This document shows positions 26,923 through 33,760 of a stretch of DNA of 33,760 nt, in pieces. The stretch is taken from positions 1 to 33,760 of IMG/VR virus record IMGVR_UViG_3300020314_000013. One strand, 5' to 3'. The DNA comes from a virus. Its lineage: Duplodnaviria; Caudoviricetes. Both the position numbers and the translations under genes were made by a program. The notes under the pieces are model-generated. The model searched no databases. It was not told the origin of the DNA and was given only the letters and a program-made list of their open reading frames with translations. Every line of letters starts with the position of its first letter. Position 1 is the stretch's first letter.

Positions 26923-27802
26923 TATCTTTATCCTTCTTTGGTGGTATGAATGTACAAGTCAGAGTTCCTGCCTTGCTTCTAGTTACACGAACCTTGTGTC
27001 CTGTCATGTTGCCATCACAATCAAAGTCCATACGTTTACAATTCTTAGGCATCTTGGCTTTGAAGTCATCTTTGCTTTTGGTAGCGATACTCTCTAGGTC
27101 TTTTGCATCCTGAATATAGCCAGCCTTCATGTTGAATTCTTTTTGGTCAGCCTGTGAGAATCCTTCTAGCTCTGTCATGTTAATGGTGATCATGTCTGAC
27201 CAGTCAACAGGACGTAACGCTGCTGGCAAGGCATCCTGCATTCTGTCTGTCATGTGAAGATCCCAGAACTCAGCAGCTTGATTGATGTATTGGTCACACC
27301 AAGCATAGTCTTTCTTGATCTGACGAAACTCAATGCGGCATCGGACGCCAAAGAATGCAACGAGATAGCAATGGTCCATACCAGACACAATCATATGATG
27401 CTGACATTGTGGTGCGTAAAGCTCTGCAAGCTCATCGATGTCTCTGAAGCCAAAATGGGCTTTGATCTCAATTGGCACTGTTCCCATGATTGCATCAAAG
27501 GTTGAGTGCAAAGGCACTACCGAGTCTCTTGGATTGCGTGGTTGCATCATTACAGACTTGCCCATGCCACGGCTGCTGAGAGTTTTCTTCTGGTCAATAC
27601 ACCATTTGTCTAGGATGTATTCTTCTAGGTATGAGCCAGTGTCCATAAGGAATCGCTGCTGTTTGGTGAATGCTTTGGTCACATTGCCATTCTTGATCTC
27701 AGACAACTCGATCCATTGCTCGATGTCACCTGACGCAATGGTAGCTGCTTCTGATGAGCCAATATAATTTTTACGTTCTTCAAGCTGTGCTTTACTAAGC
27801 AT
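26915..27802 (-). CDS. YqaJ/lambda-exonuclease-like nuclease
   Basis: RKNYIGSSEA, STFDA..PIEIK, YAPQCQHHM; adjacent to annealase. Confidence 0.8.
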   Translation of the reverse strand: MLSKAQLEERKNYIGSSEAATIASGDIEQWIELSEIKNGNVTKAFTKQQRFLMDTGSYLEEYILDKWCIDQKKTLSSRGMGKSVMMQPRNPRDSVVPLHSTFDAIMGTVPIEIKAHFGFRDIDELAELYAPQCQHHMIVSGMDHCYLVAFFGVRCRIEFRQIKKDYAWCDQYINQAAEFWDLHMTDRMQDALPAALRPVDWSDMITINMTELEGFSQADQKEFNMKAGYIQDAKDLESIATKSKDDFKAKMPKNCKRMDFDCDGNMTGHKVRVTRSKAGTLTCTFIPPKKDKDNE

Positions 27803-28020
27803 TAGTACCTCCCTTGATATAGTTCTGGGGCCAAGCCATCGTCATACTGCTGTGCTTGTAGTGTTATTGCACAGGCATCACGGAATCTTGACTCTTGGAA
27901 TCTATTGTTCTTAGAGTAGTATTTAACTTCTTTTACAAAGTCATCTAGCTTGTTTGGCTTAATTAGCTTTACAATATCTTTAGCTAGCCAGTTAAAGTGA
28001 TCTGCTCGCAATTTGCTCAT
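27802..28020 (-). CDS. hypothetical protein, 72 aa
   Basis: ATG 28020 with GGAG RBS; NNRFQESRFRDAC. Confidence 0.6.
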   Translation of the reverse strand: MSKLRADHFNWLAKDIVKLIKPNKLDDFVKEVKYYSKNNRFQESRFRDACAITLQAQQYDDGLAPELYQGRY

Positions 28021-28288
28021 AATACTCATCTCCCAAGATGTTTGAGTTTGATTTTTCAATTACAGTCCCCATTACATCATACAGAATTAGATCTATTGTT
28101 TTATTTCCCATTCTGAATGAATAAGGTTCTACAAACGTACATAAAAGAAATTTGCTTATATCTTTTATTAGAACTGCATCATCTGTTTTTGGCTTTATTT
28201 CGGGATCTATTACTACCCAATTTGATTGTGAATAGCCGTTTGCGTGTATTGTTACGTTATATAACGGTAATTCAAATGGTAGGTTCAT
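27992..28288 (-). CDS. hypothetical protein resembling an isolated S24/CI C-terminal domain
   Basis: VVIDPEIKPKTDDAVLI...VMGTVI; divergent from the HTH gene. Confidence 0.45.
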   Translation of the reverse strand: MNLPFELPLYNVTIHANGYSQSNWVVIDPEIKPKTDDAVLIKDISKFLLCTFVEPYSFRMGNKTIDLILYDVMGTVIEKSNSNILGDEYYEQIASRSL

Positions 28289-28300
28289 AGTTTAGCCCTT

Positions 28301-28351
28301 TATGCAATTCACATTACTTGTTGACTTTAGCAATGTGAATAACATTATAAT
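28301..28351. promoter_or_regulatory. divergent control region with two operator-like dyads
   Basis: ATTCACATT (28307-15) and AATGT-GAATA-ACATT (28332-46); TTGACT (28321-26) -19- TATAAT (28346-51). Confidence 0.65.
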
Positions 28352-28356
28352 GCGAT

Positions 28357-28590
28357 ATGACAAGCGAAGAAACATTTTTAGATAATCTTGTTATTCAGTT
28401 TGCTCAGAAACGTTATGAGCTTGGTCTGACACAGCAAGACGTTGACCTTAGAATAGGTGTTACAAACGGGCTTGTTGCTAAATGGGAATGTGGGAACAGG
28501 AAGCCAACATTGTTTAATGCACACTGCTGGGCTGAAGCCCTCGGATGTAAAATTAAACTGGAGGCTAACGATGGCGATATGCGGCATTGA
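28357..28590 (+). CDS. XRE/Cro-like HTH regulator
   Basis: RYELGLTQQDVDLRIGVTNGLVAKWECGNRKPT...WAEALG. Confidence 0.85.
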   Translation: MTSEETFLDNLVIQFAQKRYELGLTQQDVDLRIGVTNGLVAKWECGNRKPTLFNAHCWAEALGCKIKLEANDGDMRH

Positions 28591-29050
28591 TCCTGGAATC
28601 ACTGGTGGTATTACATTTATGACAGAGCGTCATTTGATATGTAAACCAGTCCCAATAGAAACATTTAAAGTTGGTGGTAAGCAACGTAAGTTTCTAAGCG
28701 TTACATCAATTTGCGAATTACTTGATGACCATTCTCCCACTATGATTTTTATAGAGAAACAGCAAGCCATGCCAAAACAAGGTGTGGTTAGTACATTTAG
28801 AACAGGTTTTGGCTATGGTTTATACCTTGGTCTTATTGTGGCGTCTGGTTACAGATACACTGAAGTAAGGCCACAACAATGGAAAAAAGATCTTAACGTT
28901 TCTGCTGACAAAAATAAGGCAAGACAGAGAGCAACTGAACTAATGCCAGATGCCTCTGTTTGCTGGGAGAAAGCCAATCAAGATGGTATTGCTGAGTCAG
29001 CATTGATAGCATACTGGGGTATGAACTACTCACTTGACTGCTTGTACTGA
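28571..29050 (+). CDS. RuvC-like Holliday junction resolvase
   Basis: GIDPGITGG, FIEK, STFRTG, PQQWKK, DGIAESALIA; ATG 28571 with GGAGG RBS. Confidence 0.85.
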   Translation: MAICGIDPGITGGITFMTERHLICKPVPIETFKVGGKQRKFLSVTSICELLDDHSPTMIFIEKQQAMPKQGVVSTFRTGFGYGLYLGLIVASGYRYTEVRPQQWKKDLNVSADKNKARQRATELMPDASVCWEKANQDGIAESALIAYWGMNYSLDCLY

Positions 29051-30648
29051 GGCCATTCACCATAAGGATCGAACTCAGGACTTGTGTCTAGTTTTTGCTT
29101 TATCGCTTCTATCTTGTCACGCTTGCTGCCTGAGATAACTTTACCAAGAAGATAATCAGATAGCATATCAAGCTGTGCAGACTTGTATTTGTTTAGCCAT
29201 TTGTAGTCTGGTCTAAACCAAGGCCAGTCAACAATTGCTGGTGAGTTTTCTTGGAACGTCTCCGACTGGATGTCATAGTTGCTAAGAGTCGTAAGACATA
29301 TTGCACTAAAGAGCCTAGATAATATTTGACGTTCGAGATCCAAGCAATACTTGAGTGGTATGATTCCTTGTTCTTCGTAAGCCAACTTAGCAGCTTCTTT
29401 ATGCTCTTCAATAAAAGTTTCATGTTCAGGTACGACATAGTTGTCAGGCTCCTCATCTACTGGAAAAAATCTTTGGTGGTCTGCATGGCAGTTACCAATT
29501 CTATCAACCATTGAATATGTCCAACCAAGTGATCGATGACAGAACATAGCCATCATAAACTTAGTCAGATCGTTTTTGTTTGCCTTGTGCCACAAAGCAA
29601 CCTTTGTCTCATGTGCATAATACCCATGAAGCATAGACTTTTGAGGCTTTGTATATGTAATTGGGCTTAGTTCTTCTTCTTCTTCTTCTGGTGAAGCTTC
29701 TAATTGGCTTTGTTCCTGCTGTTCGTCAGAAACCATACGTTGAGTAAGAAACTTCATCTGATATGTATTGTACATAACACAGAGAATACAGTCTGAGTCA
29801 GGCACTTCGTCATCGTGGCAAATGCTGTAGCCTTTGGTAGCTGGCGAATCAAACCAATACTCATCTTTCAGGAACACAACATCCATAAAGTCTTTTGTTT
29901 GTCGTTCAAGATTAATAAAATCTTGTAAAAAGTTCATCTGGCATTCTTCAAATGCTTCTCTGTTGGTAAAGAATACTTCTTCACTGAAGAGATCACGCTG
30001 AACACCAAGTTCTTCTTCAAGATGTGAACCTTCCCACTGAAACAATGCTTTTGATGCCGGTATTTTGCTGTCTGTCATTGCGTCTTTGACCCATGAGGCA
30101 GATAGCTGTGCATTTTCGTGGTCGTCTAGAAACTTGTCTTGCTGCTCATGCGAACCAAGAGTAAACGCAATCGCTACACCAAGACCAAAATCATAGTTTC
30201 TAAACTTGGCTTTTGCTTTTGCTGATAGACTCGACAATGCTAAACGCTGTTTAACCCATTGTTTTGTTTGACCAAATCGTTTACCAACAGAGTCGAAGTC
30301 TTCCTGACCTTCGGCAACAATATCATAAATGACATCAGACTCATCAAGTGGGTGCATATCTTCACGCATCATATTTGCATGAAGCCCAATTTCATTGTCG
30401 TTGTCTTCGATGACAATACAGTTAATTTCATTTGATGCTTTAGCACCGTACAATACACGCAAAGCTTCTAGTCTGCGGTTGCCATCGATTACTTCATAAC
30501 CCTTGCCATTCTTCTTGATAACAAGATTATGAAGCATACCTTGCGACTCGATTGAGGCGGCAAGAGACTTGATGCTTTCCTTAGTTGTTTTTACTTGGCG
30601 TACATTATTTTTAGCTGGCTTCAGTTCATTCAATGGTATCTGAATCAT
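29026..30648 (-). CDS. large ParB/RepB/Spo0J-domain protein
   Basis: NNVR..SLAASI..GMLHNLVI..YEVIDGNRRLEAL..NMMREDMHPLDE + HTH VGKRFG...VKQRLAL; 540 aa. Confidence 0.85.
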   Translation of the reverse strand: MIQIPLNELKPAKNNVRQVKTTKESIKSLAASIESQGMLHNLVIKKNGKGYEVIDGNRRLEALRVLYGAKASNEINCIVIEDNDNEIGLHANMMREDMHPLDESDVIYDIVAEGQEDFDSVGKRFGQTKQWVKQRLALSSLSAKAKAKFRNYDFGLGVAIAFTLGSHEQQDKFLDDHENAQLSASWVKDAMTDSKIPASKALFQWEGSHLEEELGVQRDLFSEEVFFTNREAFEECQMNFLQDFINLERQTKDFMDVVFLKDEYWFDSPATKGYSICHDDEVPDSDCILCVMYNTYQMKFLTQRMVSDEQQEQSQLEASPEEEEEELSPITYTKPQKSMLHGYYAHETKVALWHKANKNDLTKFMMAMFCHRSLGWTYSMVDRIGNCHADHQRFFPVDEEPDNYVVPEHETFIEEHKEAAKLAYEEQGIIPLKYCLDLERQILSRLFSAICLTTLSNYDIQSETFQENSPAIVDWPWFRPDYKWLNKYKSAQLDMLSDYLLGKVISGSKRDKIEAIKQKLDTSPEFDPYGEWPQYKQSSE

Positions 30649-30883
30649 TTTTTACCTCCATTAGTACATAAGTTTTATCTTTTTCTAAAAAACCATCCAT
30701 CCAAACTTGGGGAAGATTGGTAACGTTTTCACCAGTAATGTCAGTAGGCTCAATAACAGTTATATGAGCAGAAGCATTACCGTTCGATCTATAAAAACTA
30801 AATCTGGCATGGTCATCTTTAATTTCTAACGTAACTTTATGGCACTCCATAAACACATCGGTTTTTTGATAGTTTGAAAACAA
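30626..30883 (-). CDS. hypothetical protein
   Basis: 85 aa, GGAGG RBS, within early operon. Confidence 0.55.
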   Translation of the reverse strand: MFSNYQKTDVFMECHKVTLEIKDDHARFSFYRSNGNASAHITVIEPTDITGENVTNLPQVWMDGFLEKDKTYVLMEVKNDSDTIE

Positions 30884-31102
30884 TTAGTCCTCCATAATTT
30901 TATCTGTAATGAACTTGGACACGAATGCCACTGAGATCCATAGAGGCGCACCGATTACGCTGACTAGCAAGGTCGGATTGATTCCCAGACCAACGAGCAT
31001 AAGCAGCAGTGTGAATGTAAAGAAGAGGTGAACAGTGACGAACCATCCAAGCCATGTGGTCTTCCTGTTGATGAATGTGATTTCTCTGAGGCGATTTATC
31101 AT
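30884..31102 (-). CDS. small 2-TM membrane protein
   Basis: 72 aa, two hydrophobic helices. Confidence 0.65.
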   Translation of the reverse strand: MINRLREITFINRKTTWLGWFVTVHLFFTFTLLLMLVGLGINPTLLVSVIGAPLWISVAFVSKFITDKIMED

Positions 31103-31296
31103 TTTGCATAACCTTTCTCCAATTTGGCAATTACAAGACCTTTACCACCACAAGTCTCGCAGTCTTCTGGGGTAACGTCTACCATGCCAAATGAGGCAAT
31201 GAGTGAGTCTCTCACTCTGTAGATTGTTTCAACATACTTGAATCCTTTGCCATTGCATTGGATACAATTTATTAGATCGGAGTCTTTGATTCTCAT
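31099..31296 (-). CDS. small DnaJ-type zinc-finger protein
   Basis: CIQCNGKG and CETCGGKG; AGGAGG RBS. Confidence 0.7.
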   Translation of the reverse strand: MRIKDSDLINCIQCNGKGFKYVETIYRVRDSLIASFGMVDVTPEDCETCGGKGLVIAKLEKGYAK

Positions 31297-31305
31297 TGTA
31301 ACCTC

Positions 31306-31485
31306 CTAAAACCGAGGCTCATCTATATTGGCTTTAGCTTCAAAATGAGCCGTCACAACATCCATGTTATAGTCACATAGTTTAATAATTTTGTCGTATG
31401 TGTCGTTAGGATCGCCAACATATGCGTTAGCTTCTTGTGCGCTTAACTCGTCAATGAGGCGCAATACTGCTGGATTAAGTTTCAT
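31306..31485 (-). CDS. hypothetical protein, 59 aa
   Basis: ATG 31485 with GGAGAG RBS. Confidence 0.6.
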   Translation of the reverse strand: MKLNPAVLRLIDELSAQEANAYVGDPNDTYDKIIKLCDYNMDVVTAHFEAKANIDEPRF

Positions 31486-31513
31486 TCTACTCTCCAACGG
31501 TTGTAGGGATTGG

Positions 31514-31572
31514 TGACCCCCTAGCAGAAGTTTGATGCTTAGATAAAGTCGGGGGTCAGTTTCTTTATCTAA
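31514..31572 (-). ncRNA. candidate H-type pseudoknot or switch in 5' leader
   Basis: Two interleaved perfect stems of 10 bp and 8 bp. Confidence 0.4.
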
Positions 31573-31793
31573 TTCTATATTAGCACATGATTCTTGATAG
31601 TTGACGTCATGGGGCTAAAAAAAATAAAAAAATTGAGGCGTTTTTGATCCCTTAGGCGGGCCGAGAATCAATTTAAGCCACTTCTCGATTTTTGTAGCAC
31701 CTCAAGGTGGGGCAAGAGCTGCAATGCTGGAAAGGTACAACAAAGGAAAATCAACTCTTACCCCTATCCGTCTAGGACAACAGTAGGAAACCC

Positions 31794-32207
31794 CTAGAAC
31801 GGAATGTCGTCATCGGATGCGGCCTTACCCTTTGGGGCTTCGTCGCTGCCTGATGATTTGCTACCGCCCATGCGGAAAGTAGAACCTGCTCCTGCAAGCT
31901 TGATCTTGAATGAGCGTTGCTTTACGCCATCCTTCTCATACTCCTCAAGAAGAGGCATCCCCTGGACAAACACGGTTGTTCCGGCAGTGACATACTTCTC
32001 AATGACATTGGACACGAGGCCAGTGCCATTGCTACCGTCCCATGCTTCCACACGGAACCAATGAGTAGTCTCAACCTTCTCACCATTTTTGTTCTTGTAG
32101 CTTTCGTTTACCGCAACAGAAAAGTTGGCGACCTTGGTGCCATTTACATCACGGATCTCAGGGGTCTGACCTACGTTGCCAGATACGGTGATTTGTGCAA
32201 AGTTCAT
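31794..32207 (-). CDS. ssb: single-stranded DNA-binding protein
   Basis: GNVGQTPEIR..VANFSVAVN..THWFRVEAW..VFVQG, C-terminal DDDIPF. Confidence 0.95.
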   Translation of the reverse strand: MNFAQITVSGNVGQTPEIRDVNGTKVANFSVAVNESYKNKNGEKVETTHWFRVEAWDGSNGTGLVSNVIEKYVTAGTTVFVQGMPLLEEYEKDGVKQRSFKIKLAGAGSTFRMGGSKSSGSDEAPKGKAASDDDIPF

Positions 32208-32322
32208 GTGTAATTCTCCTTACGTCTAGAGTTGCACGATTGGTGAGGGTATCACGTTACCTGACCCTCTGTGGCACTACTGACGACCTTGCCCGGGCTG
32301 ACGGTGAGTACCTCAATTCTGT

Positions 32323-32607
32323 TTAACGAGCTGGCATTTCAACCCACTCATAACCAAATTTACACCACTTTGGCTTCTTATAACCAATTACCTTCTTACA
32401 AGCCAGAAGCGATAACGAAATGATGCAACCACCAATAACAGCGGCCATCATACCAGCAAAAGTACCAGCAAACATAGCAACAAGAAGAACTGTAGAGGCT
32501 ATGTCGATAGGAATATCAAGCCATAATACTTTACGAAAATCGAATTTGGCTAACAAAAATAATATAGCCAATGCAGAAAATACTCCAGCAATAATAAAGA
32601 AGATCAT
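32323..32607 (-). CDS. membrane protein
   Basis: 94 aa, 2-3 TM, GAGGAG RBS. Confidence 0.7.
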   Translation of the reverse strand: MIFFIIAGVFSALAILFLLAKFDFRKVLWLDIPIDIASTVLLVAMFAGTFAGMMAAVIGGCIISLSLLACKKVIGYKKPKWCKFGYEWVEMPAR

Positions 32608-32647
32608 TTGAAATTCTCCTCATGTTTCTGAAAAAATGGGTAGGGGG

Positions 32648-32785
32648 TCACTTGTTTTTTCGTTCGTGATATTTGTATATGAGATTCTGCGCTGTATCAC
32701 AAAACCAATTCAGAACAATCAAAGTGACTGCACAATAAAGAATTATTGCAGATAATATCAAAATAAAAGTAATTAGGCTTTCCAT
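32648..32785 (-). CDS. small single-TM protein, 45 aa (not in ORF track)
   Basis: MESLITFILILSAIILYCAVTLIVLNWFCDTAQNLIYKYHERKNK; GGAGG RBS. Confidence 0.65.
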   Translation of the reverse strand: MESLITFILILSAIILYCAVTLIVLNWFCDTAQNLIYKYHERKNK

Positions 32786-32837
32786 TATATCCTCCAAAAC
32801 AAAAATAGTCTGAGGCGAATCATTCAGCCGCCTGTCA

Positions 32838-32879
32838 CAAAAAAAATGTGGAAGAGAAGGAATGAACCCTCTCTCCCAC
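32838..32879 (-). terminator. Rho-independent terminator
   Basis: Minus strand GTGGGAGAGAGGG-TTCATT-CCTTCTCTTCCAC then ATTTTTTTT. Confidence 0.8.
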
Positions 32880-32886
32880 CGTGACG

Positions 32887-33504
32887 TTACATTGACGTTG
32901 CGTGACTGTCATCTCTCGGCATCTCTACCAAGCCAGCCTCTCTAGCGTAACTGTAGAAACATTGTGGATTGGCTTGATAAGTCTCCATGGTCAGTTGACC
33001 CTTGCGAAACTTGACACGCTTCACTCTGGACATCTCGTCTGCTGGTATGTACTGACCCCAGTTGACACCGGAATCACTGATAACCTTAACTCTGATGTCA
33101 TGCCGCATCATATTGTAGACATGATTTGCAATCCAGTACTGCTGACGCAGAAGCTTCAGTTGCTCTTCCGCATCCTCGATCTTGTTACCTGTGATCTCGA
33201 TGCCAACGTCATCTCTCTGTAGATCTCTAAGCTCTCTACGCTTCTGTGTACCTGCTGCCACTAGATTGTGAGTGATCTTCTCGAAGACCCTAGTGATCTG
33301 GTCGGCAACCTTGCACTGTAGGATGACCTCTGGTCCATCCTCGAACAGTGAAATCAAGTGAAGCATTGTCCGTCTGAACTCTGCGTCCCACTGTGCCTGA
33401 CGGTCATCAGGTAAGCGATCGTCACGTTGAAGCTGCGCTGCAACACGATCAAGATTCTCTGGTGTGAGATCATTGTCTGTAATTTGTGTAATTTCGTTAC
33501 TCAT
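32887..33504 (-). CDS. hypothetical helical protein
   Basis: 205 aa, AAGGAG RBS. Confidence 0.75.
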   Translation of the reverse strand: MSNEITQITDNDLTPENLDRVAAQLQRDDRLPDDRQAQWDAEFRRTMLHLISLFEDGPEVILQCKVADQITRVFEKITHNLVAAGTQKRRELRDLQRDDVGIEITGNKIEDAEEQLKLLRQQYWIANHVYNMMRHDIRVKVISDSGVNWGQYIPADEMSRVKRVKFRKGQLTMETYQANPQCFYSYAREAGLVEMPRDDSHATSM

Positions 33505-33528
33505 GTCATTCTCCTTCTGCTGAGAAAT

Positions 33529-33551
33529 GGGGTAAACCCTATGTCTACCCC
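33529..33551 (-). other. intergenic hairpin (weak terminator or processing site)
   Basis: Minus strand GGGGTAGAC-ATAGG-GTTTACCCC. Confidence 0.45.
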
Positions 33552-33564
33552 GATTAAATTTGGC

Positions 33565-33747
33565 TTAGAACCAGATGTCGAGTGATTCAATATTGTCAGC
33601 TAGCTGCCTAGCTCTCTCGAAGTCTCCGCTATCAATCGCTTGTTGGACTTCCAGCATTGCGTCAGACAAGCCTCGATTTAGTTCAAAGGCTCCCTCTGAC
33701 TCAAGTTCATTTACAATCTTGGATTCTACTACTGTTGCTTGTGACAT
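33565..33747 (-). CDS. small acidic hypothetical protein
   Basis: 60 aa, AAAGGAG RBS at the window end. Confidence 0.7.
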   Translation of the reverse strand: MSQATVVESKIVNELESEGAFELNRGLSDAMLEVQQAIDSGDFERARQLADNIESLDIWF

Positions 33748-33760
33748 CTCTGTCTCCTTT

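Noticed and set aside
28457-28570. N-terminal extension of the RuvC-like ORF given in the track
   Set aside because: Overlaps the HTH gene; ATG 28571 has a GGAGG RBS and starts at the canonical GIDPG motif.
31513-32651. 11-bp inverted match GTGACCCCCTA (31513-31523) / TAGGGGGTCAC (32641-32651) as invertible-segment ends or long-range pairing
   Set aside because: No invertase gene, a single short match, and one copy overlaps a stop codon; chance cannot be excluded.
1-33760. Alternative genetic code or prophage with host flanks
   Set aside because: Genes are intact with standard stops and dense coupling; no host genes, integrase or att-like junction were seen.

Overview
The window looks like a complete or near-complete genome (about 33.8 kb) of a short-tailed, podovirus-type dsDNA phage. 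A marine alphaproteobacterial host is inferred from the gene families and is not proven. The + strand (about 159-25385) is a tightly translationally coupled late region. It encodes terS, terL, a T7/BPP-1-type portal, scaffold, major capsid, tail adaptor and nozzle, three ejection proteins, a tail fibre with a gp38-like Gly-rich adhesin, and a membrane/holin cluster. The - strand (about 33747-25374) is an early region. It encodes SSB, a large ParB-domain protein, a YqaJ-like exonuclease, a DUF1071/Sak3-like annealase and small membrane proteins, and is interrupted by a divergent HTH + RuvC-like pair. I could not recognise any DNA/RNA polymerase, primase, helicase, integrase, ParA, RT or lysis-cassette endolysin. 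The most notable signals are: (1) a pesticin-like lysozyme joined to the roughly 1100-aa ejection protein only through a -1 shift on an A9 run, possibly giving both a free endolysin and a virion lysin from one gene; (2) a recurring AATGTGAAT/AAwGTGwATTkACA element at promoters, three of which have 19-bp spacers; (3) several candidate structured RNAs (a cuckoo-like CCUCCUCCC hairpin, an H-type pseudoknot leader, a trans-antisense 13-mer, the MCP leader); (4) clusters of tiny, highly basic proteins, including a 13-aa peptide. All protein family calls come from motif recognition by eye, not from database searches.
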